Below are positions 20,644-28,694 of a stretch of 38,655 bases of DNA, piece after piece. Position 1 is the first letter of the stretch, and each line of letters begins with the position of its first letter. The stretch is taken from positions 1 to 38,655 of the forward strand of contig PPDG01000259.1 of NCBI GenBank assembly GCA_002899795.1, in the 5' to 3' direction. A model generated the notes under the pieces. That model did no database searches, was not told the origin of the DNA, and worked only from the letters and a program-made list of their open reading frames with translations. The DNA is from Desulfobacteraceae bacterium (GTDB lineage: Bacteria; Desulfobacterota; Syntrophobacteria; BM002). Both the position numbers and the translations under genes were made by a program.

Positions 20644-22509
20644 GTGGGGACATTCCGGCTGGCTCTCGTTTCAATGCCATGGCCTCTGGCCAATCGCCCC
20701 TCCATACAATTAGCCACCCTCAAGAGTTTCCTCAGAGAAAAGGCACCAGAGGTAGAGACCGATTGCTATCATCCTTACCTCCAGGTCGGCAATCTCCTGG
20801 GAATTCAGGCTTATAACAATATTGCCGAGCGAACCTGGATGGCGGAGGCTATTTACGGTTATCTCTTGAATCCGAAGAAAAGGGTTGAGATTCTGGATCT
20901 GGTTCGCAAAGAACATGCTTCCAGAACCAAAACGTCTCCCCCGGACCTAAAAACTATATCCAGCCAAATTCATCGTTTGCACCAAGGTCACCATTTCGAC
21001 CTGGAATGGTCGTCCTACGATCTCGTCGGCTTTTCCATCTGCCTTTCGCAATTGACCTCGTCACTCTATATGTTCAGGCAGATTCGCGCCCGCCACCCTA
21101 GTTGCCGTATCGTGGTTGGTGGTTCCAGTTGTGCTGGTGAGTTGGGCTACTCCTTGCTCGCCAACCTACCCGAGATCGATTTCGTGGTGAGCGGCGAGGG
21201 TGAGCTGCCGCTGCTGGAGTTAATCAACCGGATCAAAAAGGATGAGCTGGAAGGTGATGAGTCTTCTGGACTACTGTGGCGGGATGCACAGGGGAGCATC
21301 AGAGGGGGAGAATTCAATCAACTGCCGGATCTCAATGATCTCCCGGTACCGGAATACCGTGACTACTTTGATGAATTGAGCCGACAGCCCCGCCTGGCCA
21401 CTTTGGTGCCCAGCCTGCCTCTGGAAACCTCCCGGGGATGCTGGTGGCATCGAGTCAAGACGGGTTCGGTGGAGCGAGCCTGCAAATTCTGCAACCTGAA
21501 TCTCCAGTGGCGGGGTTACCGGAGCAAAGAGCCGCACCAGGTAGCACGGGAGATGGAGGAACTGGCTGCACAGTACGCCAGCCTCAAGTTCTTTTTTGTT
21601 GATAACATCCTCGACAACAACAAGCTCCATGAGCTTTTCAAATGCATCAATGATGCAGGGCGTGATTTTGAGATTTTCACTGAACTCAGGGCACCGGTAT
21701 CGCGTTCCGACCTCATCCAAATGCGAAGAACTGGGGTCACCCAGGTACAGGTTGGCATTGAAGCACTGAGCACCAGGCTCTTGCGAAAAATCAACAAAGG
21801 GACCACGGCTATCCAGAATATCGAGATCATGAAACATTGCGAAGAGCTGGGTATCCAGCATTTGTCCAACCTTATGCTCGGATTTCCTGGAAGTGATGCC
21901 GAGGATGTGGCGGAGACCCTCCATAATCTAAGGTTTGTCATGCCATTTCAGCCCCTGCGCAAGGTGCGCTTCTGGCTGGGCCAGAACAGCCCGGTTGCCC
22001 TTCACCCAAAAGAGTATGGCATCCGGCGCATCACCAATCACCCGCATTATCACAGTTTGCTCCCGGATTCCCTGGCGAACTCTCTCTGCTTGATGGTCAA
22101 GACCTACGTGGGTGATCGGACCAGGCAAAAGAAACTTTGGCGCCCCGTAGCCCGCGAGATTGAACGTTGGCAGCAGCGCTATACATCACTGCGCCGACAA
22201 CATCTCCAGACACCCTTACTGAGCTATCGGGACGGAGGGGATTTTCTCCTGATTCGCCGGCGCGCCGAGGGTTCTGAGATGGAGACCTTTCGCCTGCGGG
22301 GATCCTCCCGCGCCATTTACCGCTTTTGCGAAACACGTCGAACCTTAGAAGAAATCCGCAGGGAATTTCCTCGTTTCTCCTCGGACAAGCTTCAGACCTT
22401 CATTTCACATATGGTTGGCAAACTTCTCATGTTTCAGGAGGGAAGGCAAGTCCTCAGCCTGGCGGTCAGCGAGGAACCACACAAGATTCTGTGTAATGAG
22501 AAAACCTAA
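20644..22509 (+). CDS. B12-binding-domain radical SAM enzyme, RiPP-maturation C-methyltransferase-like
   Basis: 621 aa with a GTG start. N-terminus FRLALVSMPWPLANRPSIQLATLKSFL, B12-domain-like VGFSICLSQ...IVVGGSSC, and an Fe-S motif ETSRGCWWHRVKTGSVERACKFCNLN. The C-terminal ~90 aa look PqqD/RRE-like (AIYRFCETRRTLEEIRREF...FISHMVGKLLMFQEG). Confidence 0.75.
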   Translation: MGTFRLALVSMPWPLANRPSIQLATLKSFLREKAPEVETDCYHPYLQVGNLLGIQAYNNIAERTWMAEAIYGYLLNPKKRVEILDLVRKEHASRTKTSPPDLKTISSQIHRLHQGHHFDLEWSSYDLVGFSICLSQLTSSLYMFRQIRARHPSCRIVVGGSSCAGELGYSLLANLPEIDFVVSGEGELPLLELINRIKKDELEGDESSGLLWRDAQGSIRGGEFNQLPDLNDLPVPEYRDYFDELSRQPRLATLVPSLPLETSRGCWWHRVKTGSVERACKFCNLNLQWRGYRSKEPHQVAREMEELAAQYASLKFFFVDNILDNNKLHELFKCINDAGRDFEIFTELRAPVSRSDLIQMRRTGVTQVQVGIEALSTRLLRKINKGTTAIQNIEIMKHCEELGIQHLSNLMLGFPGSDAEDVAETLHNLRFVMPFQPLRKVRFWLGQNSPVALHPKEYGIRRITNHPHYHSLLPDSLANSLCLMVKTYVGDRTRQKKLWRPVAREIERWQQRYTSLRRQHLQTPLLSYRDGGDFLLIRRRAEGSEMETFRLRGSSRAIYRFCETRRTLEEIRREFPRFSSDKLQTFISHMVGKLLMFQEGRQVLSLAVSEEPHKILCNEKT

Positions 22510-22511
22510 AT

Positions 22512-22584
22512 CGCGGCTAAAAGCCGCTCCCACAGAAAGGAAATTGTATACAGTCAAAACTGTGGGAGTGGCTTTCCAGCCACG
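22512..22584. repeat. REP doublet directly after the radical SAM stop codon
   Basis: 22512-22535 is CGCGGCTAAAAGCCGCTCCCACAG (AAAA loop variant) and 22560-22584 is CTGTGGGAGTGGCTTTCCAGCCACG, with a 24-nt spacer. Confidence 0.85.
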
Positions 22585-22712
22585 ATATTACCGAGGGAAC
22601 ACAACAACTATTCGGCGTGGCGATCTGGGGAAGTAATTGCTAGGAACGAGACACCAAGAACCTTTATCATTTCGCAATTCACATTGCGCATTTCGCATTT
22701 CACTTGTAGGAT

Positions 22713-22811
22713 TTTTAGTTCATTTTAGACACTTTAGGCACTTTAGTCATTTTAGCTCACTTTAGTTCACTTTAGTTCATTTTAGACACTTTAGACACTT
22801 TAGACACTTTG
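22713..22811 (+). repeat. tandem array of ten 9-10-nt CAYTTTAG units abutting the livH start codon
   Basis: TTCATTTTAG ACACTTTAG GCACTTTAG TCATTTTAG CTCACTTTAG TTCACTTTAG TTCATTTTAG ACACTTTAG ACACTTTAG ACACTTTG. It ends 5 nt before ATG 22817. Confidence 0.85.
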
Positions 22812-22816
22812 ATCTA

Positions 22817-23698
22817 ATGATCTGGAATCAACTCCCACAGTTTTTGGTCTCAGGCATTACCAGTGGCAGTATTTATGCTCTTATTGCCTTGGGCTTTGGC
22901 ATCATCCATAACGCCACCGGCATCGTTAACTTCGCCCAAGGCGAGTTCGTTATGCTGGGGGCAATGACCATGATCAGCTTCACTCGAGGTGTGGGAATGC
23001 CCGTATTTGTGGCATTTCCTCTGGCAGTACTGGTTGTGATGGGAGTGGGCTGGCTCATGGAAATTGGGCCTATGCGGAGAGCGCGATCGAACAATATTCT
23101 CATCCTGGTAATGATCACCGTGGGTGCATCTATCACCATGCGGGAAGTGGCCATGTTGATCTGGGGCAAGACTCCGCGTATCCTGCCGCCTTTTTCCGGA
23201 GATGATCCTTTTGTTTGGGGCCATGCTGCTATCTTACCGCAGACCCTTTGGATTCTCGCAATCATGCTTCTGGTGGTTGTTTTACTCGGCTTCTTTTTCA
23301 GCAAGACCATGGTAGGGAAAGCCATGAGGGCAGCAGCTGAAAACCGCAGGGGTGCTGCTCTCATTGGTATTGCCGTCCATCGCATGACAATGCTTGCCTT
23401 TGTTTTAAGTGGTGGCATTGGCGCGGTGGCCGGCATCATTATTACCCCAATTACCACAATGTCATACAGCGCTGGGGTTATGCTGGCCTTAAAAGGATTC
23501 TCCGCGGCAATATTAGGTGGGTACGGCAGCATGAAGGGGGCAATCGTCGGCGGCTTGCTCCTTGGCACCCTGGAATCCTTTGGCGCCGGCTTTGTTTCCT
23601 CGTCTTACAAGGATGCCTTTGCTTTCCTCGTGCTGCTACTGGTCCTCTTTGTCAGGCCTACAGGGTTGTTCGGGAAAGAAGAGATCAAGAGAGTATAG
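22817..23698 (+). CDS. livH: branched-chain amino acid ABC transporter permease LivH
   Basis: 293 aa, polytopic. The N-terminus FLVSGITSGSIYALIALGFGII is typical of LivH. It is the first gene of a livHMGF block. Confidence 0.9.
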   Translation: MIWNQLPQFLVSGITSGSIYALIALGFGIIHNATGIVNFAQGEFVMLGAMTMISFTRGVGMPVFVAFPLAVLVVMGVGWLMEIGPMRRARSNNILILVMITVGASITMREVAMLIWGKTPRILPPFSGDDPFVWGHAAILPQTLWILAIMLLVVVLLGFFFSKTMVGKAMRAAAENRRGAALIGIAVHRMTMLAFVLSGGIGAVAGIIITPITTMSYSAGVMLALKGFSAAILGGYGSMKGAIVGGLLLGTLESFGAGFVSSSYKDAFAFLVLLLVLFVRPTGLFGKEEIKRV

Positions 23699-23785
23699 AA
23701 AAACATTGCGGATTTCGGATTTCGGATTGCGGATTTGAGAAGGCATAGGGCATGGGGAACAGCATTTAGCATTGGCTTTAAAAAG

Positions 23786-23860
23786 TTGTGGGAGTGGCTT
23801 TCCAGCCACGACTCCATTGCTGGTCCGACGGCTTATCGCGGCTAAAAGCCGCTCCCACAA
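23786..23860. repeat. REP doublet, tail-to-tail arrangement
   Basis: 23786-23810 is TTGTGGGAGTGGCTTTCCAGCCACG and 23837-23860 is CGCGGCTAAAAGCCGCTCCCACAA, with a 26-nt spacer. It lies between livH and livM. Confidence 0.85.
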
Positions 23861-23883
23861 ACTAATGACCACAGAAACTATTG

Positions 23884-24849
23884 ATGAGTAAAACCCGCAA
23901 AAAATGGATCTCTTTTTGCGCTCTGGCCTCGGTGGTAGCCCTTCTTCCCCTGGTGGTCAAAGGGAGTTACTACCTTCTGGTACTTAATATTATCGCCATC
24001 AACGGACTCATAGTCCTGGGGTTGAACCTGTTAATCGGTTTTGCCGGTCAAATCTCGTTAGGCCATGCAGCGTTTTTCGGCATGGGAGCGTACTTGTCAG
24101 CCATCCTTACCTCCATGTACAACACGCCGCCCTGGCCGACTCTCGTTCTGGTAATGGTCTTTACTGGTGTGGTTGCTTATGTGCTGGGTGTACCAACTCT
24201 TCGGCTTGCTGGTCACTACCTGGTTATGGCAACCCTGGGCTTCAACATTATCCTTTACATCCTGATGGTCCAGATGGAACATTGGACTGGCGGACCATCC
24301 GGCTTTGCTGAAATTCCTCCTCTCCACCTGGGATCCGTCCCCATCCAGGGTGACTTTCACTTCTACTGGTTGATTTGGCCGCTTTTTCTCATCATTTTCA
24401 TTTTTTCTCTTAATCTGGTTGATTCACGCGTGGGCCGTGCTCTGCGTGCGATTCATGAAAATGAACTTGTCGCCAATGCCATGGGGGTGAACACTGAGAG
24501 GTATAAAGTCATCATTTTTGCGATCAGTGCTGCCTATGCCTCTTTGGCTGGAAGCCTTTATGCGCATTACCTTTCGTTTATCAGTCCCAAGACCTTCGAC
24601 ATTTTTTATTCTATTCAGATCGTAACCATGGTGGTGGTGGGCGGCATTGGGAATCTATGGGGAGGCTTATTGGGAGCGGCGGTGCTTACAGCTTTGCCGG
24701 AAGTGCTTCATGCCATGCGTGATTATGCTCTCCTGTTCTACGGCGTGATTCTGATGGGAGTGTTGGTGTTTTTCCCGGAGGGTTTGCTACCGGGGCTGGT
24801 AAGGATCTGGTCTCGGAAGAAAGGTGCAAAAGCCGTGGCATCAGAGTAA
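23884..24849 (+). CDS. livM: branched-chain amino acid ABC transporter permease LivM
   Basis: About 321 aa, polytopic. Contains GQISLGHAAFFGMGAY, typical of LivM. I used the ATG one codon after the track's TTG start. Confidence 0.9.
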   Translation: MSKTRKKWISFCALASVVALLPLVVKGSYYLLVLNIIAINGLIVLGLNLLIGFAGQISLGHAAFFGMGAYLSAILTSMYNTPPWPTLVLVMVFTGVVAYVLGVPTLRLAGHYLVMATLGFNIILYILMVQMEHWTGGPSGFAEIPPLHLGSVPIQGDFHFYWLIWPLFLIIFIFSLNLVDSRVGRALRAIHENELVANAMGVNTERYKVIIFAISAAYASLAGSLYAHYLSFISPKTFDIFYSIQIVTMVVVGGIGNLWGGLLGAAVLTALPEVLHAMRDYALLFYGVILMGVLVFFPEGLLPGLVRIWSRKKGAKAVASE

Positions 24850-25076
24850 AGAATCCAGGCTTAGGGAAAGTGACTTTGCTTTGCCTCTGAAAAGGACTAC
24901 AAAACTACCGGATCAAGTTTCCCCGGTTAGCGCTCTGCATTCAACTATCTACGATAAAGTCTTTGAGAATATGAACCGCAGAACCGCAGAACAAGGAACC
25001 GCAGAATGTCGAAGTGAAAAACATTGTCTTATTCGTTTCAAAAACTTCTGCTGTTCGAAATTCCTTGTTCGATATT

Positions 25077-25119
25077 GTCCTTCGGACTCCCCACCCTGCG
25101 GGCGGGTCCCCAGTTTCGA
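25077..25119 (-). repeat. twin-hairpin element, copy b (family E)
   Basis: + strand reads GTCCTTCGGACTCCCCACCCTGCGGGCGGGTCCCCAGTTTCGA. It lies between livM and livG, oriented opposite to the operon. Confidence 0.7.
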
Positions 25120-25140
25120 TATCAAAATACAAAAGAAGCC

Positions 25141-25926
25141 ATGAAAACAAACGGCACATTATTACAGATCCAGGATGTGAACAAGCAATTCGACGGCCTG
25201 CTGGCAATTGCAGGGGTCTCATTCGCTGTAAACTCCGGAGAAATTGTATCCCTCATTGGCCCAAACGGCGCAGGTAAAACCACACTTTTCAACTTGATTT
25301 CAGGGGTTTACCCACCAACCAGTGGACAGATTCTGCTGAGTGGCGAGAACATCACTGGCATGAAGCCATACCAGATAGCCACCAAGAGAATCGCCCGAAC
25401 TTTTCAGTCAGTCCAAATATTTCAGGAGATGACCGTACTGGAAAATGTGTTATTGGGGCTACACCACCGGTTGAGCAGCGGTTTTGTCAAAGGTATGCTA
25501 CACTTACCCGGAGAACGGCGAGAGGAGCAGAGTGCTGGCACTCAGGCCAGAGAAACGCTGGAGCAGTTAGGCATCGAGCAATTGGCGGAAAGAAAAGCTG
25601 ACAGCATTAGCCTGAAAGAGCAAAGGTGTCTGGAAATTGCTCGTTCTGTAGTGTCCAAACCTCGTTTGCTGCTTTTGGACGAACCAGCCGCTGGTCTCAA
25701 TATCCGAGAAACCGAGGAAATGGGCGATATTATTCAAGGCTTAGGGCAATACGGTCTGACCATTCTTCTGGTAGAGCATGACATGAACCTGGTAATGAGC
25801 ATAGCGCATAGAGTCGTGGTTTTGCACCACGGTATGATGATCGCCGAAGGGTTACCCGAGGAGATTCAAAGAAACCCGGAGGTAATCCGGGCGTATTTGG
25901 GAGGGACGCATAGCGCAGAGCGCTAA
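25141..25926 (+). CDS. livG: branched-chain amino acid ABC transporter ATP-binding protein LivG
   Basis: I chose ATG 25141 because the track's upstream extension translates a repeat. Walker A GPNGAGKTT, signature-region LKEQRCLEIARS, Walker B LLLLDEPAAG and a LivG-type C-terminus EVIRAYLG. Confidence 0.9.
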   Translation: MKTNGTLLQIQDVNKQFDGLLAIAGVSFAVNSGEIVSLIGPNGAGKTTLFNLISGVYPPTSGQILLSGENITGMKPYQIATKRIARTFQSVQIFQEMTVLENVLLGLHHRLSSGFVKGMLHLPGERREEQSAGTQARETLEQLGIEQLAERKADSISLKEQRCLEIARSVVSKPRLLLLDEPAAGLNIRETEEMGDIIQGLGQYGLTILLVEHDMNLVMSIAHRVVVLHHGMMIAEGLPEEIQRNPEVIRAYLGGTHSAER

Positions 25927-26077
25927 GCGCAGAGCGTCCGCATCATTTCAAGTCAGAACCTGTTTTTTATTGGTCTTTGGTTGATGTATTGATGCTGAAA
26001 AATTTCTTTTTAGAATTATTTGTCAGTCCTATGTCCTACGCTATGCGCCATGCGCTATGCGCTTTGCGAGTTTCTTG

Positions 26078-26815
26078 ATGCTTCGTGTAAAAAATGTATC
26101 GGCCTTTTACGGCAATATACAAGTTCTGCGCCGGGTGACCTTTCATGTCAAACAGGGAGAGGTAGTGTCGCTTATTGGCGGCAATGGAGCCGGCAAGAGC
26201 ACGTTGCTCAACGTAATCAGCGGCATTCACCCAGCCAGTTCCGGCACCATCGCCTTCGAGCGTCAGGAAATTCAGAAACTGGAACCTAATAAGATGGTTC
26301 GTCTTGGCTTGCTGCAAGTGCCAGAGCAGAGGCAAATCTTCAACTCCATGACTGTCACCGAGAACCTCGAATTGGGATCTTACTGTCTGCCCAGGAAAGA
26401 GCAGAAACGTATGGCCAGCTCCCAACTCCAAGAGATATACACCCTTTTCCCCATCCTGGAAGAGCGAGCCCGGCAGAGGGCAGGCACTTTGAGTGGCGGC
26501 GAGCAGCAGATGTTATCCATCGCCAGGGCCCTCATGGCACGACCCAGAATGCTTCTCCTTGACGAACCTTCGTTGGGATTGGCACCATTAGTGGCGGAGG
26601 AGATTTTTCGTGTGACCCAGGAACTCCGGGACAATGGGACCACTATACTTTTGGTGGAACAGAACGCCTTGGCTGCCCTGGAGGTCTGCGATCGCGGTTA
26701 CGTCCTGGAGGCTGGCCGCATTGTTCTTGAGGGGAGTCCTGAGGACCTTCTGGAAGATGATGAAGTGCAGCGGGCATTCTTAGGACGGGATTACAAGGAA
26801 AAATGGGAAAGATAG
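26078..26815 (+). CDS. livF: branched-chain amino acid ABC transporter ATP-binding protein LivF
   Basis: I chose ATG 26078 (MLRVKNVSAFYG). Walker A GGNGAGKST, LSGGEQQML, Walker B MLLLDEPSLGLAP. No SD, because a CTATGCGC stutter array abuts the start. Confidence 0.9.
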   Translation: MLRVKNVSAFYGNIQVLRRVTFHVKQGEVVSLIGGNGAGKSTLLNVISGIHPASSGTIAFERQEIQKLEPNKMVRLGLLQVPEQRQIFNSMTVTENLELGSYCLPRKEQKRMASSQLQEIYTLFPILEERARQRAGTLSGGEQQMLSIARALMARPRMLLLDEPSLGLAPLVAEEIFRVTQELRDNGTTILLVEQNALAALEVCDRGYVLEAGRIVLEGSPEDLLEDDEVQRAFLGRDYKEKWER

Positions 26816-26824
26816 ATTGTCTTA

Positions 26825-27008
26825 TGGTCAGTACACTGTGCTGTCACTCATGGTCATTAAGCCACTAAAGTGGCTGTCACTAGGCCTGGCGGCCGTCAGT
26901 TGGGCTGCGCCCGTCATTAGGCCTTATGGCCGTCATTGAGTCATTATGTCTTAACAATAAATGACCATTAATGACAGCGAGGCGTAATGACGGCTTTAGC
27001 CAAATGAC
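26825..27008. repeat. TAATGAC-mosaic palindromic repeat (family C) between livF and the first PaaK-like gene
   Basis: ...CTGTCACTCATGGTCATTAAGCCACTAAAGTGGCTGTCACTAGGCC...GGGCTGCGCCCGTCATTAGGCCTTATGGCCGTCATTGAGTCATTATGTCTTAACAATAAATGACCATTAATGACAGCGAGGCGTAATGACGGC... Confidence 0.85.
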
Positions 27009-27047
27009 ATTCTGAGGTATTGAGACAAAAGGAGGCCGAGACAAGGA

Positions 27048-28337
27048 ATGAGTGCCTTTTGGAACGAGAAAATTGAGACTCTCCCCCGGGAGGAGCTTGC
27101 CGACCTGCAGCTGGAACGTTTGCAGGTGACTCTCAACCGTGGCTACGCCAAAGTCGACTTTTATCGGCAACGGTTCGAGGAACTGGGTTTTCTTCCCGAA
27201 GACATCAATTCCATGGAGGACTTAGCCCGTCTGCCCTGCACTACCGTCAATGACTTGGTTGAGCATTACCCTTATGGCCTATTTTCCGTCCCCTTAAAGT
27301 CCATTGTCCGGCTCAAATTCTCGACCGCCCCGCGTATACGTCCTCTGGTAATTGGCTATACCCAGCGAGATGTCCAGAATTGGCTTGAAGTGATGGCCCG
27401 GCACATGATCGCTATGGGTATTGGGGTCCAGGACATTATTCAGATAGCTTTCAACTATGGGCTTTTCACCGGTGCCTTCACTTTCAACCAGGCAGCAGAA
27501 TTAATTGGTGCCACCGTAGCTCCCACTTCAATTGCGTCCGCTACCATCCAAATCCAGATTATGCAAGACTTCCGCAGTACAGTGCTCGCCACCTCACCTA
27601 CTTTTGCCATGCACATTGCAGAGACCAGAGAACGTCTTGGCATTGACCTCGATCAGACTTTTCTCAAGATAGGTCTTTTCGGGCCCGAGGCCATGTCGCC
27701 AGATGTTCGTCGCCGTCTGGAAGAGCGCCTCCGCATCCAAGCCTATACAGTTTACGGGGTCAACGAGATGGTGGAGCCTGGTATGGCCGCGGAATGCCAG
27801 GAAAAATCAGGACTGCACCTGGCCGAAGATCACTTTTATCCTGAAATTGTCGATCCCGACTCATGCCAGCCTTTGGCTCAAGGACAAGAAGGGGAGTTGG
27901 TGATAACAACCCTCACCAACGAAGGATATCCACTTATCCGTTTCCGGACTGGTGACATTACACGTCTGGACTTTAGTCCTTGTCCCTGCGGTCGCACGGG
28001 GGTCAGAATGGCCCCGCCATTGAGCCGTTCGGACGATCTGTTCATGGTGCGCGGCATATCCATACACCCGAAACAGGTGGAACGGTTGCTAAGGGAGGCT
28101 GCACCAGAGGTTGAGAGCTATCGAATCATCGTTCGTAAACGCGATGGTCTCAATGATCAACTTGAATTACAGGTGGCTTATCCCGAGAACTATGTTTCTG
28201 AGTGGTACCACACCCATGCACTTGCCGACGATATTAGAGCTCATTTGAGAAGGGCTCTTGGCCTGGGCGTCAAGGTCAAGCTCATGGAGGCGAGTAACCT
28301 CGCGGAAGATGCGGGTCGAGTTGTGTTTGAAGATTGA
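27048..28337 (+). CDS. PaaK-like (phenylacetate-CoA ligase / F390 synthetase family) paralogue with degenerate adenylation motifs
   Basis: 429 aa, collinear with the next gene. Where PaaK has IHASSGTTGK it reads LKFSTAPRIRP. The C-terminal Lys region reads DAGRVVFED. It retains RFRTGD and SRSDDLFMVRGISIHP. Confidence 0.8.
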   Translation: MSAFWNEKIETLPREELADLQLERLQVTLNRGYAKVDFYRQRFEELGFLPEDINSMEDLARLPCTTVNDLVEHYPYGLFSVPLKSIVRLKFSTAPRIRPLVIGYTQRDVQNWLEVMARHMIAMGIGVQDIIQIAFNYGLFTGAFTFNQAAELIGATVAPTSIASATIQIQIMQDFRSTVLATSPTFAMHIAETRERLGIDLDQTFLKIGLFGPEAMSPDVRRRLEERLRIQAYTVYGVNEMVEPGMAAECQEKSGLHLAEDHFYPEIVDPDSCQPLAQGQEGELVITTLTNEGYPLIRFRTGDITRLDFSPCPCGRTGVRMAPPLSRSDDLFMVRGISIHPKQVERLLREAAPEVESYRIIVRKRDGLNDQLELQVAYPENYVSEWYHTHALADDIRAHLRRALGLGVKVKLMEASNLAEDAGRVVFED

Positions 28338-28397
28338 GCAATGCTGCATGGTTGTAGATCCTATTGCCTACACTAGCTCAATCCCCAAATCCGAAAT

Positions 28398-28613
28398 TCG
28401 AAACTGGGAACCCACCCGAAGGGTGGGAGTCCGAAGGACAATATCGAATATCGAAACAGTTTTCAAATTTTCAAAATTCAAATGACCAAAACCAAATATC
28501 TTCAGTATTATTCAACTTGTTTTGAACATTCGAGCATTGAGTAATTCGGATTAGTTTCGAGATTCGTGCTTCGAAACTGGGGCCCCGCCCGAAGGGTGGG
28601 GAGTCCGCAGGAC
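28398..28613 (+). repeat. two twin-hairpin elements, copies c and d (family E), with TTCGAAAT-type stutters
   Basis: 28398-28439 contains CCCACC-CGAAG-GGTGGG plus GTCC-GAA-GGAC. 28571-28613 contains CCCCGCC-CGAAG-GGTGGGG plus GTCC-GCA-GGAC. A G.T pair in one copy is A-T in the other. Confidence 0.75.
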
Positions 28614-28694
28614 AATTTCGAATTTAATACTTCATGTCATTCTTTGGTGAGCACCATTTGTAACACCTAATTTCGCTATTCTGGAGACGGACCG

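Noticed and set aside
22713-22811. Possible CRISPR array (also considered for the REP doublets)
   Set aside because: The units are 9-10 nt with no spacers. The REP doublets are inverted 25-nt arms rather than direct repeats, and the 23-24-nt intervals occur only once per locus. No cas genes are present.
25024-25140. N-terminal extensions offered by the ORF track for livG (25024), livF (26057), the LivK-like gene (30246), the SBP gene (36255), and for 8355-8663, 5352-5666 and 4874-5269
   Set aside because: The extensions translate repeat or stutter DNA or overlap upstream genes. Internal ATGs give N-termini matching the family consensus or a signal peptide, and for most of them (the LivK-like gene, the SBP gene, 8355-8588 and 5352-5543) a proper SD; livF and the 59-aa ORF still have none.
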